A DNA stretch of 64,000 nt. Source: Naegleria gruberi (taxonomy: Eukaryota). Position 1 is the stretch's first letter. Each line of letters opens with the position of its first letter. The stretch lies in assembly GCA_000004985.1 (NCBI GenBank), contig GG738902.1. The stretch is one strand, 5' to 3'. A model generated the notes under the pieces. That model made no database searches and had not been told where the DNA came from. It saw nothing but the letters and a program-made list of their open reading frames with translations. Both the position numbers and the translations under genes were made by a program. Of this stretch, positions 45,141 through 53,640 are shown piece by piece.

Positions 45141-45358
45141 GATATAAATATTTAATTCATTATTCTAATTTGTAGTATTATTTTACAAAATATCAACATG
45201 TTCAATCCTGTTAAAATTTCAACAATGCTGACATATCTGAGTGAAGGCAAACTAACCTTCATGTTAAGGAAAATATTCTCGAGGAAATAAAAAATAATCG
45301 TTTATACTTCCATTACTCCAATAAATTAATCTACCACAGAATGTGACAGTTCCACAGT

Positions 45359-45997
45359 TTAATCCTTTCTCTTCCATACACAATTCATTGTAACATTGGC
45401 AGCTTTGAACATTTGGAATACAGGACAAGATCTCTCAACTCTTTCTTTTAAGGTGTCAATTCTTTCGTTCGATTCATTAGTTTCAACTTCAAATACCATA
45501 TCGACTGATTTAAAGTGAGCAGGAACACCAGCCACACCTCTCAATCCTCTGACATCTAAAACACCCGACATTTTGGTGCAGGAAATTGATTTGATTTGCA
45601 TCTTCATGCCTCTAGCAGCATATCGAGCAGTTATTATTTCACAACCAGACAATGATGCCAACGACAATTCCAATGGAGTAGGACCTTGATTTGTTCCTCC
45701 TAAAGTAATTGGTTCATCCATATTGATTGCAACACTTGGACAAGTACCTGCTGTAGAAACAACTAGGGAACCTTCTTCGGAAATTGATGTAATATTAAAA
45801 GTCTTTAAATATTTGCTAACATCTTCCTCTGCAGCTGCTGGTTTCTTTTCCTCCAAACAACGATTCATCACCGATGAAAAATTATTGACAAGAGCAGCAC
45901 TACCAGTTGATTTGATCATTCCGCTATTATTAAACCTCTTCAACAAGAGTGAAGGAAGACTGCTGCTGGTTCTATTAAGCAAAGTTCTTTTGATCAT
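45359..45997 (-). CDS. OsmC/Ohr-family peroxiredoxin-like protein with an N-terminal presequence.
   Basis: ...LGGTNQGPTPLELSLASLSGCEIITARYAARGMKM... matches the OsmC core (G.NPEELL.AALA.C), and a second Cys lies in ...ERSCPVF. Confidence 0.65.
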   Translation of the reverse strand: MIKRTLLNRTSSSLPSLLLKRFNNSGMIKSTGSAALVNNFSSVMNRCLEEKKPAAAEEDVSKYLKTFNITSISEEGSLVVSTAGTCPSVAINMDEPITLGGTNQGPTPLELSLASLSGCEIITARYAARGMKMQIKSISCTKMSGVLDVRGLRGVAGVPAHFKSVDMVFEVETNESNERIDTLKERVERSCPVFQMFKAANVTMNCVWKRKD

Positions 45998-46203
45998 TTT
46001 TTTTCTATTAATTGCTGTTGATGGGATTTTAATTTCGCCTCTTTTATGATAACTATCAAAAAGGAAGCAAACCAGAAGAGGACAATAGAAATTTCATATT
46101 TACAACTTGCTTTTAGTGGAAAGGGTATTGAGAAGTTTTTAGATTTTCTTTAGATTTTCTTTCAATTCTAAAGCTTGAAGAAAGGTGAAGTTTACAATTC
46201 TCT

Positions 46204-47049
46204 TTAACCATAGTATGAACGATCCTTAATGAATGTACATATTGTGATTGGTTCTTTTCCTTCTGATTCATAAGTGACTGATAATATTTCAATATTTTCT
46301 TCTTGATAGGTAGGTCCATAACGATCTCTGCCAGCTTTCTTTTTTCTTGCAATGCTTGAATGATTGACAAGTAGCTTTTCAGAGGAATCATTTGCAGAAC
46401 ACCACCAATCATTTAGAAGTGTTGAGAAGAATTGTCTGATATTCTTTTCGAAACTGTCAACTCCAGATGCTCTTTCTCTAGCTTGTCTCTGTTCGAAATA
46501 GGATTCATCTTGAGATCCAACAATTGTTGATGAGAATGCACCATCTGCAGAACCACTCTTACCACCTGAACTGTAAGAAATCTGAGTTGCAACAAACACA
46601 GCTCCACTTTCCTCAAATAATGGATCAATCAACTTGGATTTTTCACTCGTATTTCTTGGAATTGAAATTACTCTATTTGTGATAGAGCCAATCCATGGAT
46701 ATTCCTTTGGTTTTGCTAATGTTTCATCTTCATCACCAAAAAGATCTTCACATTCTCCACAATCATCTTCCTCTTCTTCTTCTGGAGCTTGATCTTTCGT
46801 AAGGAATGAATATCTTTCGGCTTCCTTGTCCACAGTTTGTCTACTCGTAAAGAAGCCTTGTCTAGTACTTGTATTCTCAGTTCGGGAATTTATTCTACCA
46901 ACTTGGGCTCTACTTGTTCCCTTAGCATTTCTTTCTCCTCCACCCAAATCATACTTTCTAGGACAAGCAAGAACTTCTACATAATTTTCTTGCCAATATT
47001 CGGACCACCACTGAGCACTTCTTAATTCCATCATCGGAACTTCAGACAT
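46204..47049 (-). CDS. Hypothetical protein of 281 aa.
   Basis: An uninterrupted ORF starting MSEVPMMEL with a good ATG. It has an acidic stretch EEEEEDDCGECEDLFGDEDE and no assignable domain. Confidence 0.4.
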   Translation of the reverse strand: MSEVPMMELRSAQWWSEYWQENYVEVLACPRKYDLGGGERNAKGTSRAQVGRINSRTENTSTRQGFFTSRQTVDKEAERYSFLTKDQAPEEEEEDDCGECEDLFGDEDETLAKPKEYPWIGSITNRVISIPRNTSEKSKLIDPLFEESGAVFVATQISYSSGGKSGSADGAFSSTIVGSQDESYFEQRQARERASGVDSFEKNIRQFFSTLLNDWWCSANDSSEKLLVNHSSIARKKKAGRDRYGPTYQEENIEILSVTYESEGKEPITICTFIKDRSYYG

Positions 47050-47331
47050 CTTTTTATTGTGTTATTGGATATATATTTGATGATCAATTTTTAAAGTTCT
47101 CAAAGGCTAGAATTTGTTAGCTAACTTGTTTGAGTTTTTTTTAAAATAATTGAGGATGAACTTGAGTTAATTGTAAATAGTTTCAAACATCATTGAACAG
47201 CTTTGATGAAGGTCTTTGATGCTTTGGAAATTTAATTCATTTACAAAAAAACTCCACAGATATGACAACAAAAAATGACTATTAATTGTTGTACTACTCT
47301 GTTTATTATAACATTTGTATACAAATTGCAA

Positions 47332-48024
47332 TTAACAACCAAATAATTGTGGATTGAAATTTTGAGGATTGGCAGTGAATGGACCTTGGCTGCCATCAAT
47401 CTTCAATTGAACCATATCATCCATTCCATATAAAAGTCTTGCAAATTCATCTCTGGTATCTGTTACAATTCTGTAAGAGTTAGATTCGCCATTATATTGA
47501 CCTTGCCACAATTGATACTTTAATTTACCATCAAACTCTTCTCTGACATATGCAGAATCCTTAGACAAGCTCCAATTTGGCATATCGTCCATACCATAAC
47601 CAAATTGCCAAAAGTCTCTTGTTTTTGTACAATTCAAAGAAATGACAGTTCCACCGCCAACTTGAATGGTTTTGTATTTGATGAGATAGGTATCAACCTT
47701 GACTCTGAGTGAAGACGGACCATAAATATTGATAATGGTTTGTTCTGGGAGATAGGTTGTGTTTACATTGAACAAGTCAATTCTCTCAGCTCTATTATAA
47801 TAATCATAATAATAAGTAGCATTGGTAAACTTCAAGTTAGTGTCTGCATAGGATACAGTCACATTGCTGGCGATGAAAGCAAGTGGGAGTCTTGGATTTT
47901 CTTTCATTGGCATGGTTGGCAAGATTTTGAATCTTTCTGGAATTCTTGAACAGGAAACAAATCCAAGGAAATAGAGCAAGCTGACCAAAACGAAAGCTGA
48001 ACCAACTGCAGTCGATACTTTCAT
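47332..48024 (-). CDS. Secreted hypothetical protein with a signal peptide and several N-glycosylation sequons.
   Basis: An N-terminal hydrophobic signal (MKVSTAVGSAFVLVSLLYFLGFVSC), several NxT/S sites and two Cys residues. 230 aa. Confidence 0.45.
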   Translation of the reverse strand: MKVSTAVGSAFVLVSLLYFLGFVSCSRIPERFKILPTMPMKENPRLPLAFIASNVTVSYADTNLKFTNATYYYDYYNRAERIDLFNVNTTYLPEQTIINIYGPSSLRVKVDTYLIKYKTIQVGGGTVISLNCTKTRDFWQFGYGMDDMPNWSLSKDSAYVREEFDGKLKYQLWQGQYNGESNSYRIVTDTRDEFARLLYGMDDMVQLKIDGSQGPFTANPQNFNPQLFGC

Positions 48025-49389
48025 TTTTTGTTTTTTTTTTGATTATGATTAATTGGTGTTGATCTAAATTTTCATATTTATGACCAATTCAACTCGAATT
48101 CATTTGGATGTCGATTAGAGGTTTGTCTCCGGATACTATTTTCTGTACCAAATAAGGTGATAATGGAAACAAGTTAGAACCAAAAAGCTGGGGCAAATTC
48201 TTTGGTCCCGCAATTACCCGCCGATAGTCGCCTCTCAAAATTACACGCATATTCAAAATGGCCTGAAATCGTCACTGGGAAAACATGGGCCAAGTTGACT
48301 TCCAACGATATATATAATATCACACCACATAAAATTAACAGTACGTAACGGTCATATATAAACTACTATTCATGAATTGTAATGTTTTCAATTGTTGTAT
48401 TTCACGAGTAAATAATCAATTTGTCATTTTGAAAAATTACAATTTTAATTACAACAGCTTAAAAACCACATTTTCTAAATTTCATATGGTAATCTCTCTG
48501 AATTATATTGTATACATACCAGAAAGTAATGTATCAATTATTTGCTATTTAAAACCTTGTATTTTTAAATATTTATCTATTAAACTTTAACTACTATATT
48601 TGGAATATAATTTTCAATATTCTCAAGAAATAATTAACCAATTTTTTTCATGGTTAATGTTAAATTATATAAAGATGATAATCAAGCAAAATAATATAAA
48701 TTGTTAATGATTTAGTGTTTCAGGATTCAAATCTTATGTTTTTGTCAATTTATCTTCCTTATTTTTCAGTATTTTAAAAAAACCCGAATCAGAAAGATTG
48801 TAATTGTAATTTATTTTTGTTTCGTATATTGTTGGAGATGTAAATCATTAAGAATAAAAACTAGATACGAAAAAACATTGAAATTCTTGCTGGACCAGTG
48901 GTAAATTTTTAACTTAGTAGAAATTCAAAAAATGCCACCAAAGCCAAAGCAAGTTCATGCTACGATCAAAAATAAGCTTGAATAGCTAGCTAATAGAACA
49001 AGAATGATGATCTCTCTAGTATTTGTCCTGGTATTGATTTAAAAAGAATTGGTGATGTAAAATTGATTAATTTAATTGGAAAGAAAGTTTTTATTCGTGA
49101 TGGTCGTTTATTCACCCATTCCGAACCAATTACAATATCATCTAGACAATGTACATGCCCTTCTTGTGGAAAATTGTATAGAAATTCATTACGAAAGTAC
49201 CATGACAGAATGCCATCATTGAATACATCATGGAATAGCTTATTACCTTCTCTTATTGATGGAATTATCACGCAAATATTTGTAAAGAATTTATTGAGAA
49301 AATTATTTAAAAATAATTTTTCAAATTTATTGGACTCAATTTCAACACCTAAACTCAAAAGAAACTCAAAAGAAAAAGAAATGAATTAA

Positions 49390-49659
49390 TTTCTGAAACA
49401 GAGAATTCACCACCAGTCAAAAAAGTCAAACAAAAGACTATTGGAACGAAATCAGATTCAACAGATAGGAAATCAGTAAAAACGACACGAGACCCAAAAC
49501 GGATTCCTATTAAATGTGGGTGTAGATATGATGAAAATTCATTGGATAAATGTGGCTGTCTTACCAATAAGTGTAGCTGTACTAAGAATAATAGGAGTTG
49601 TTCAGAACTTTGTGTAAATTGTAAAGGAAGATGCAGTGTAATTCGTATTAAACTTTGAG
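49390..49659 (+). CDS. Candidate exon encoding a Cys-rich CXC-type module. There is no start codon in frame, so it probably belongs to a multi-exon gene.
   Basis: A 91-codon open frame ending at a TGA stop, ...IKCGCRYDENSLDKCGCLTNKCSCTKNNRSCSELCVNCKGRC. It is preceded by an acceptor-like TTCTGAAACAG at 49392-49402. The frame is not in the ORF table because it lacks an ATG, TTG, CTG or GTG. Confidence 0.3.
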
Positions 49660-49690
49660 TAGACTGACTTGTAATTTTTTTAAAAAATTT

Positions 49691-49738
49691 GGGTGGCCTG
49701 AAGGAGACTTCTAAAAAAATCGCTGGAGTCGGCCACCC
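49691..49738. other. GC-rich perfect inverted repeat forming an 8-bp hairpin stem with a 32-nt loop (GGGTGGCC...GGCCACCC) in an AT-rich intergenic or 3' region.
   Basis: GGGTGGCC at 49691-49698 is the exact reverse complement of GGCCACCC at 49731-49738. The local GC content is far above the window average, and the repeat lies about 30 nt downstream of the Cys-rich exon stop. Confidence 0.4.
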
Positions 49739-49888
49739 GTGCAAAATTACTGCATGCAGTACAAAACCCATGGGATGAGCAAAATTTGTCCTTGAATTAA
49801 AACGTGAATCTGGTTGGAAACAAATCTGATTGTTTACAAAATTAATGTTAAATTCCGTAAACAAGTAATTGTAAACTCATCTTAAAAA

Positions 49889-50503
49889 ATGGGACAACAA
49901 CAAACAACAGAACCTCCGACGCTTCATGTGGTGATCACTGGATTGGATGCTCACGGAAAATCAACTTTTATTTCAAAAATAATTCGTGGAGGTGAGACTA
50001 CACTTCTCAGATATTGTCAGACAATAACTTCTAATATTTTATATCATCGCAAGATGGAAAATATTCATCTAGCATCAAATAATAAGAATATTGATGCAAT
50101 ATTTAATTTTACAATATTTGATTGTAATATTATGAGTCATGTATCAAAGAGAGTGTTATATCAATTTTGGAATAGTCTTGTTGTTGATTGCAAGTTGATT
50201 GTTTTTCTGTTTGATTCGGGTGATAAGGACAGAATTGAGGAGGTTAGGGAACAATTTCATAAAATTATGGAAATGGTATTGGAATTAAATTGTAAATTAT
50301 TGATTATTTCTTCAAAGGTGGATTTACCTTATCATTTACAAACAGATGAAATTGTGAATAACATTTTGGAAATTAAAAATTGGAATTTACCAGAGGATAG
50401 ATGGGCAATTCATACATTTGATCATAATATGAGATCTTCGAAAGTGGTGAATGCATTCAGTGATTTTGTAGATGGTGTAATTAAATCAATTCCACAAAAC
50501 TGA
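49889..50503 (+). CDS. Divergent ARF/ARL-like small GTPase with an N-terminal MG(Q)xxT myristoylation-type motif.
   Basis: An ARF-type P-loop (VVITGLDAHGKSTFI) is present. The G3 WDxGGQ motif is replaced by FDCNIMSH, and G4 NKxD reads SKVD. 204 aa, single exon. Confidence 0.55.
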   Translation: MGQQQTTEPPTLHVVITGLDAHGKSTFISKIIRGGETTLLRYCQTITSNILYHRKMENIHLASNNKNIDAIFNFTIFDCNIMSHVSKRVLYQFWNSLVVDCKLIVFLFDSGDKDRIEEVREQFHKIMEMVLELNCKLLIISSKVDLPYHLQTDEIVNNILEIKNWNLPEDRWAIHTFDHNMRSSKVVNAFSDFVDGVIKSIPQN

Positions 50504-50534
50504 ATAACAGAAATTTGAGGTTTGAGAAATAGAT

Positions 50535-51827
50535 TTATTGATCAGGTAATCTGAAATTCATTCTATCTACATAAAGCCATAACTTTCTAGGATCAATGTG
50601 TGGAGCTAGTGGACATTCGTATGGAACATTCCAAGCATTTGGAGTTGTACTACACCAAGTATTTGTTAATAGCTTGACAGTCGCAGTGTAGAGAGCTGGA
50701 CTCATTCTCAATTGTTGTTGCATTGGTAAATAGTAGAATTCAACCATGGCTCCAAAATTTCCTCCAATTTTTGCGAATTGATTTTGTGAAACTGATTTAC
50801 CATTGACACTAATTGGACAGCCTGCAAGAGTGGAATAATGACATAATTCTACAAGAAGTTGATCACAATCAGCATCTGTTACAATATTTTCCACAACTAC
50901 ATATCCAAATCTATGGAAGAAATCAATATGTCTTTGAGTGAGGAAGTGATCATTCTCTTGTAAAATCTGATCAATCACACTAACTGGATGTTCATCATCA
51001 ACAGTCAACAAATTCTGATAAGGTTGCTCATTGTAAAGACATTCACCGAGTGGGGTTAATGGTACAAGATCCTTTTCTGGTTTTAAAAATTGTTGTTCCA
51101 TTCTGAATTTAGTACCAAAATCATCTGGATGTTCAAAACGTTTTCTCTTTTCTTGCAATTGCTTGATTGTTTGATAATTGACCTTGTGAGCACAACTGTA
51201 AGCATGATAAAATACAGATCTAGGTCTATTCATATCATTGGCATCTGAATTTCTATGAGCTGTTCTATTATCAAAGAATATATAATCACCCTTCTTAATT
51301 GGAATATATTCCAATCTATCATGCTCCTTTACAATATTCCTCACATATTCCACCATTTCATCTGCACTATTCAATTGATCTAAAGTATTGTTAGCAGGTG
51401 GTGGATTCCAATTTTGTGGAATTCTTTGAACTTTCCTCACCAATTCATATAATGGTTTATCCTCCTCCTTATTAAATCTCAAATGATATGAACTAACCCA
51501 AGGAGATTTAGCTCTCATTTCACTTGCTGATCTCAATTTTAGATCCACTGCTGGAAAATACTTTTCACACACAGAGGCAAATCCAGGAATCACCTCCAAT
51601 CCACCCTCCTTCTTATGTCTATTGACACATCCATCAGTTAAACAAACCATCGATTGGAAAGGTCTAAATCTATCCAATGGACCATATGTAAAATCTGTCT
51701 TTAATTTACCCCACAAATTATATGGCCAACAATCCAAGTGAAGACCTGTTCCTGTTTGAGTCATTGTGATTTCATCTGATTCCGAGGAAGATGATGCTGT
51801 TGTGTTTTTCTTGTTTTTCGGTGGCAT
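50535..51827 (-). CDS. 2-oxoglutarate/Fe(II)-dependent dioxygenase superfamily protein (PhyH-like).
   Basis: An HxD motif (LHLDCW) is followed later by a His/Arg-Ser pair (DYIFFDNRTAHRNS), as in the jelly-roll oxygenase core. A PhyH-like segment FFHRFGYVVVENIVTDADCDQL lies in the C-terminal half. Confidence 0.4.
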   Translation of the reverse strand: MPPKNKKNTTASSSSESDEITMTQTGTGLHLDCWPYNLWGKLKTDFTYGPLDRFRPFQSMVCLTDGCVNRHKKEGGLEVIPGFASVCEKYFPAVDLKLRSASEMRAKSPWVSSYHLRFNKEEDKPLYELVRKVQRIPQNWNPPPANNTLDQLNSADEMVEYVRNIVKEHDRLEYIPIKKGDYIFFDNRTAHRNSDANDMNRPRSVFYHAYSCAHKVNYQTIKQLQEKRKRFEHPDDFGTKFRMEQQFLKPEKDLVPLTPLGECLYNEQPYQNLLTVDDEHPVSVIDQILQENDHFLTQRHIDFFHRFGYVVVENIVTDADCDQLLVELCHYSTLAGCPISVNGKSVSQNQFAKIGGNFGAMVEFYYLPMQQQLRMSPALYTATVKLLTNTWCSTTPNAWNVPYECPLAPHIDPRKLWLYVDRMNFRLPDQ

Positions 51828-52193
51828 TTATCTCGTGAGCAGATATTGTGTGTGAATTTTTTTTTGATTGTTGTGGATTTTCATTTTCTTTCACAGGTTA
51901 AATTGTGAAAATGAAGCAAAAAAATACTCGATTTCAAGATTGAGGTTGAAAATAGAAAAATCTTCATGAGGATGTTTGTGTTTAGTGGGTTCTCTGGAGA
52001 ATACACCTTTTTATACGGTAACACCGCATCCAAAACGAATTTGGGCTCAAAATCAACAAGAAATCAATGATAACTATTACCAGTTTAGTCTCTCAAATGA
52101 GCTCACCAAAACAGATGCTGATTGTAAATTGCACAACTTTCTCATTGTAAAGTATGCAAGATCAACCAATTAACAAAAGCCAATCAAAAAAAA

Positions 52194-53579
52194 ATGACTC
52201 AACACTTGTATGGAGATAAACCATTTTCTTCTTCCGATGAGTTGCAATCGATCAGCAGTATTAGAATTAATGACATTAGAATTGAGGAAATTAATAAATC
52301 AATGGAGGGAGAAACGATTCGCTTGATTGCAAGAGCTTCAAGAGTTGTAAAAAAGGGAAAATTATGTTTTGTTCGGTTGAGAAGAAACTCACATTCGATA
52401 CAGGCATGTTTCCTTGCAAAAAATGATCAAGAAAGGGAAATGGTTAAATATATTGGAGGAATTCCTCATGAATCAATAGTGGAAGTTGTTGGAATAATTG
52501 TTATGAGAAAGAGTAAGAGTAATGAAACTGTTTCAGAGTTGGAATTGGAAATGAAAGAGATTTATTGTTTATCAAGAGCTCAAAAATTGGATTATGAATT
52601 GGATGAATTGGAAGATATGAGGCAGAGTAGGTCCTTACATACTAAGAGATATGTCAGCTTGCGACATTCCTTTATGCATCATATTTTCAAATTGCAATCT
52701 TTAATTGGAAGAAAGTTTTGTGAATATATGTATTCGAAAGATTTTACAGAAATTCACACACCTCACATTGTTAAAAATCAAAGTGATAATAATATATCCA
52801 GTTTTACTTTTGATTATTTTGGTAATAGTGTTGAATTGACCACCTCTTCACATCTACATCAACAATTAGCTATTCATGGTGGATTGGATAGAGTATTTGA
52901 GATTTCTTGTGCATTTGAAAAGCACCATGGCTGTACGCATGTACACTTGAACGAAAAAACAACATTGAATTTTGGAATGACTATTGCCTCTCACTACCAT
53001 GAAGTAATATCTGTGGTGAAAGAGTTATTGAACTATATTATTGATGAAATATCAGAATATGAAGGATTGGAAGTAATTGCAAAGCATAACTCAAGGGGTC
53101 TAGAAAAATTAAAGAAAACAGAAATTTTGGAGCTCACATTCAAAGAAGCTGATGCCCTATTGATAGCCAATTGTTCAGAAAATGAATTTGGTGGATTTAT
53201 GGCACTTAGAGAAGTAGCAAGTTACTTTAAAGATTATACTGACATTTTGATTATTCAAAATAGTGCACATGAAGAAGTTGGTTGTTTTGAAATGCCAAGT
53301 TCAACTGGAAAGGGCTTTAACAATTTCATCATTCTTATTAGAGGAATTGTTGTTGGACGTGGATGCCAATATATTCACGATGAGGAATTGTTGAAGCATC
53401 AGGTTCGCTGTCATGCCCCTGATCTAGTATCAGCTTTGAAATATGGTGCTCAACCTTGTGGTGGATGTTCAATTGATTTAGAGTTATTCTTAATGCAATT
53501 CCTTCAATTAAGCAATGTTCGATTCACCTCTCTATTTCCAAGAGCTCCCACTATCTATGAAAATGAGCAACTACTTTAA
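52194..53579 (+). CDS. Cytoplasmic-type aspartyl-tRNA synthetase paralog (class IIb) with degenerate catalytic motifs, a likely pseudo-enzyme.
   Basis: An OB-fold anticodon-binding region (LIARASRVVKKGKLCFVRLRRNSHSIQACF), motif 1 (FTEIHTPHIV), a degenerate motif 2 (FEISCAFEKHHGCTHVHLNEK, where AspRS has FRAEDSNTHRHLTEF) and a strong motif 3 (GGCSIDLELFLMQFLQLSNVRFTSLFPRAP, where AspRS has [29 protein letters not shown]). Confidence 0.65.
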   Translation: MTQHLYGDKPFSSSDELQSISSIRINDIRIEEINKSMEGETIRLIARASRVVKKGKLCFVRLRRNSHSIQACFLAKNDQEREMVKYIGGIPHESIVEVVGIIVMRKSKSNETVSELELEMKEIYCLSRAQKLDYELDELEDMRQSRSLHTKRYVSLRHSFMHHIFKLQSLIGRKFCEYMYSKDFTEIHTPHIVKNQSDNNISSFTFDYFGNSVELTTSSHLHQQLAIHGGLDRVFEISCAFEKHHGCTHVHLNEKTTLNFGMTIASHYHEVISVVKELLNYIIDEISEYEGLEVIAKHNSRGLEKLKKTEILELTFKEADALLIANCSENEFGGFMALREVASYFKDYTDILIIQNSAHEEVGCFEMPSSTGKGFNNFIILIRGIVVGRGCQYIHDEELLKHQVRCHAPDLVSALKYGAQPCGGCSIDLELFLMQFLQLSNVRFTSLFPRAPTIYENEQLL

Positions 53580-53640
53580 TAATTAAGTAATTTTTATAAA
53601 AATTGATATTATTCGAAAAGGACTTTGATCTCAGTAATTT

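Noticed and set aside
49691-49760. The GC-rich hairpin region considered as a tRNA or other small RNA gene
   Set aside because: There is no T-loop (GTTCGA/GTTCRANYC) or an acceptor-stem arrangement compatible with a cloverleaf. I could place no convincing tRNA anywhere in the window.
49355-49864. ORF 49355-49864 on the minus strand
   Set aside because: It spans the GC-rich hairpin and the Cys-rich exon antisense, has no domain features and has no ATG context. It is probably spurious.
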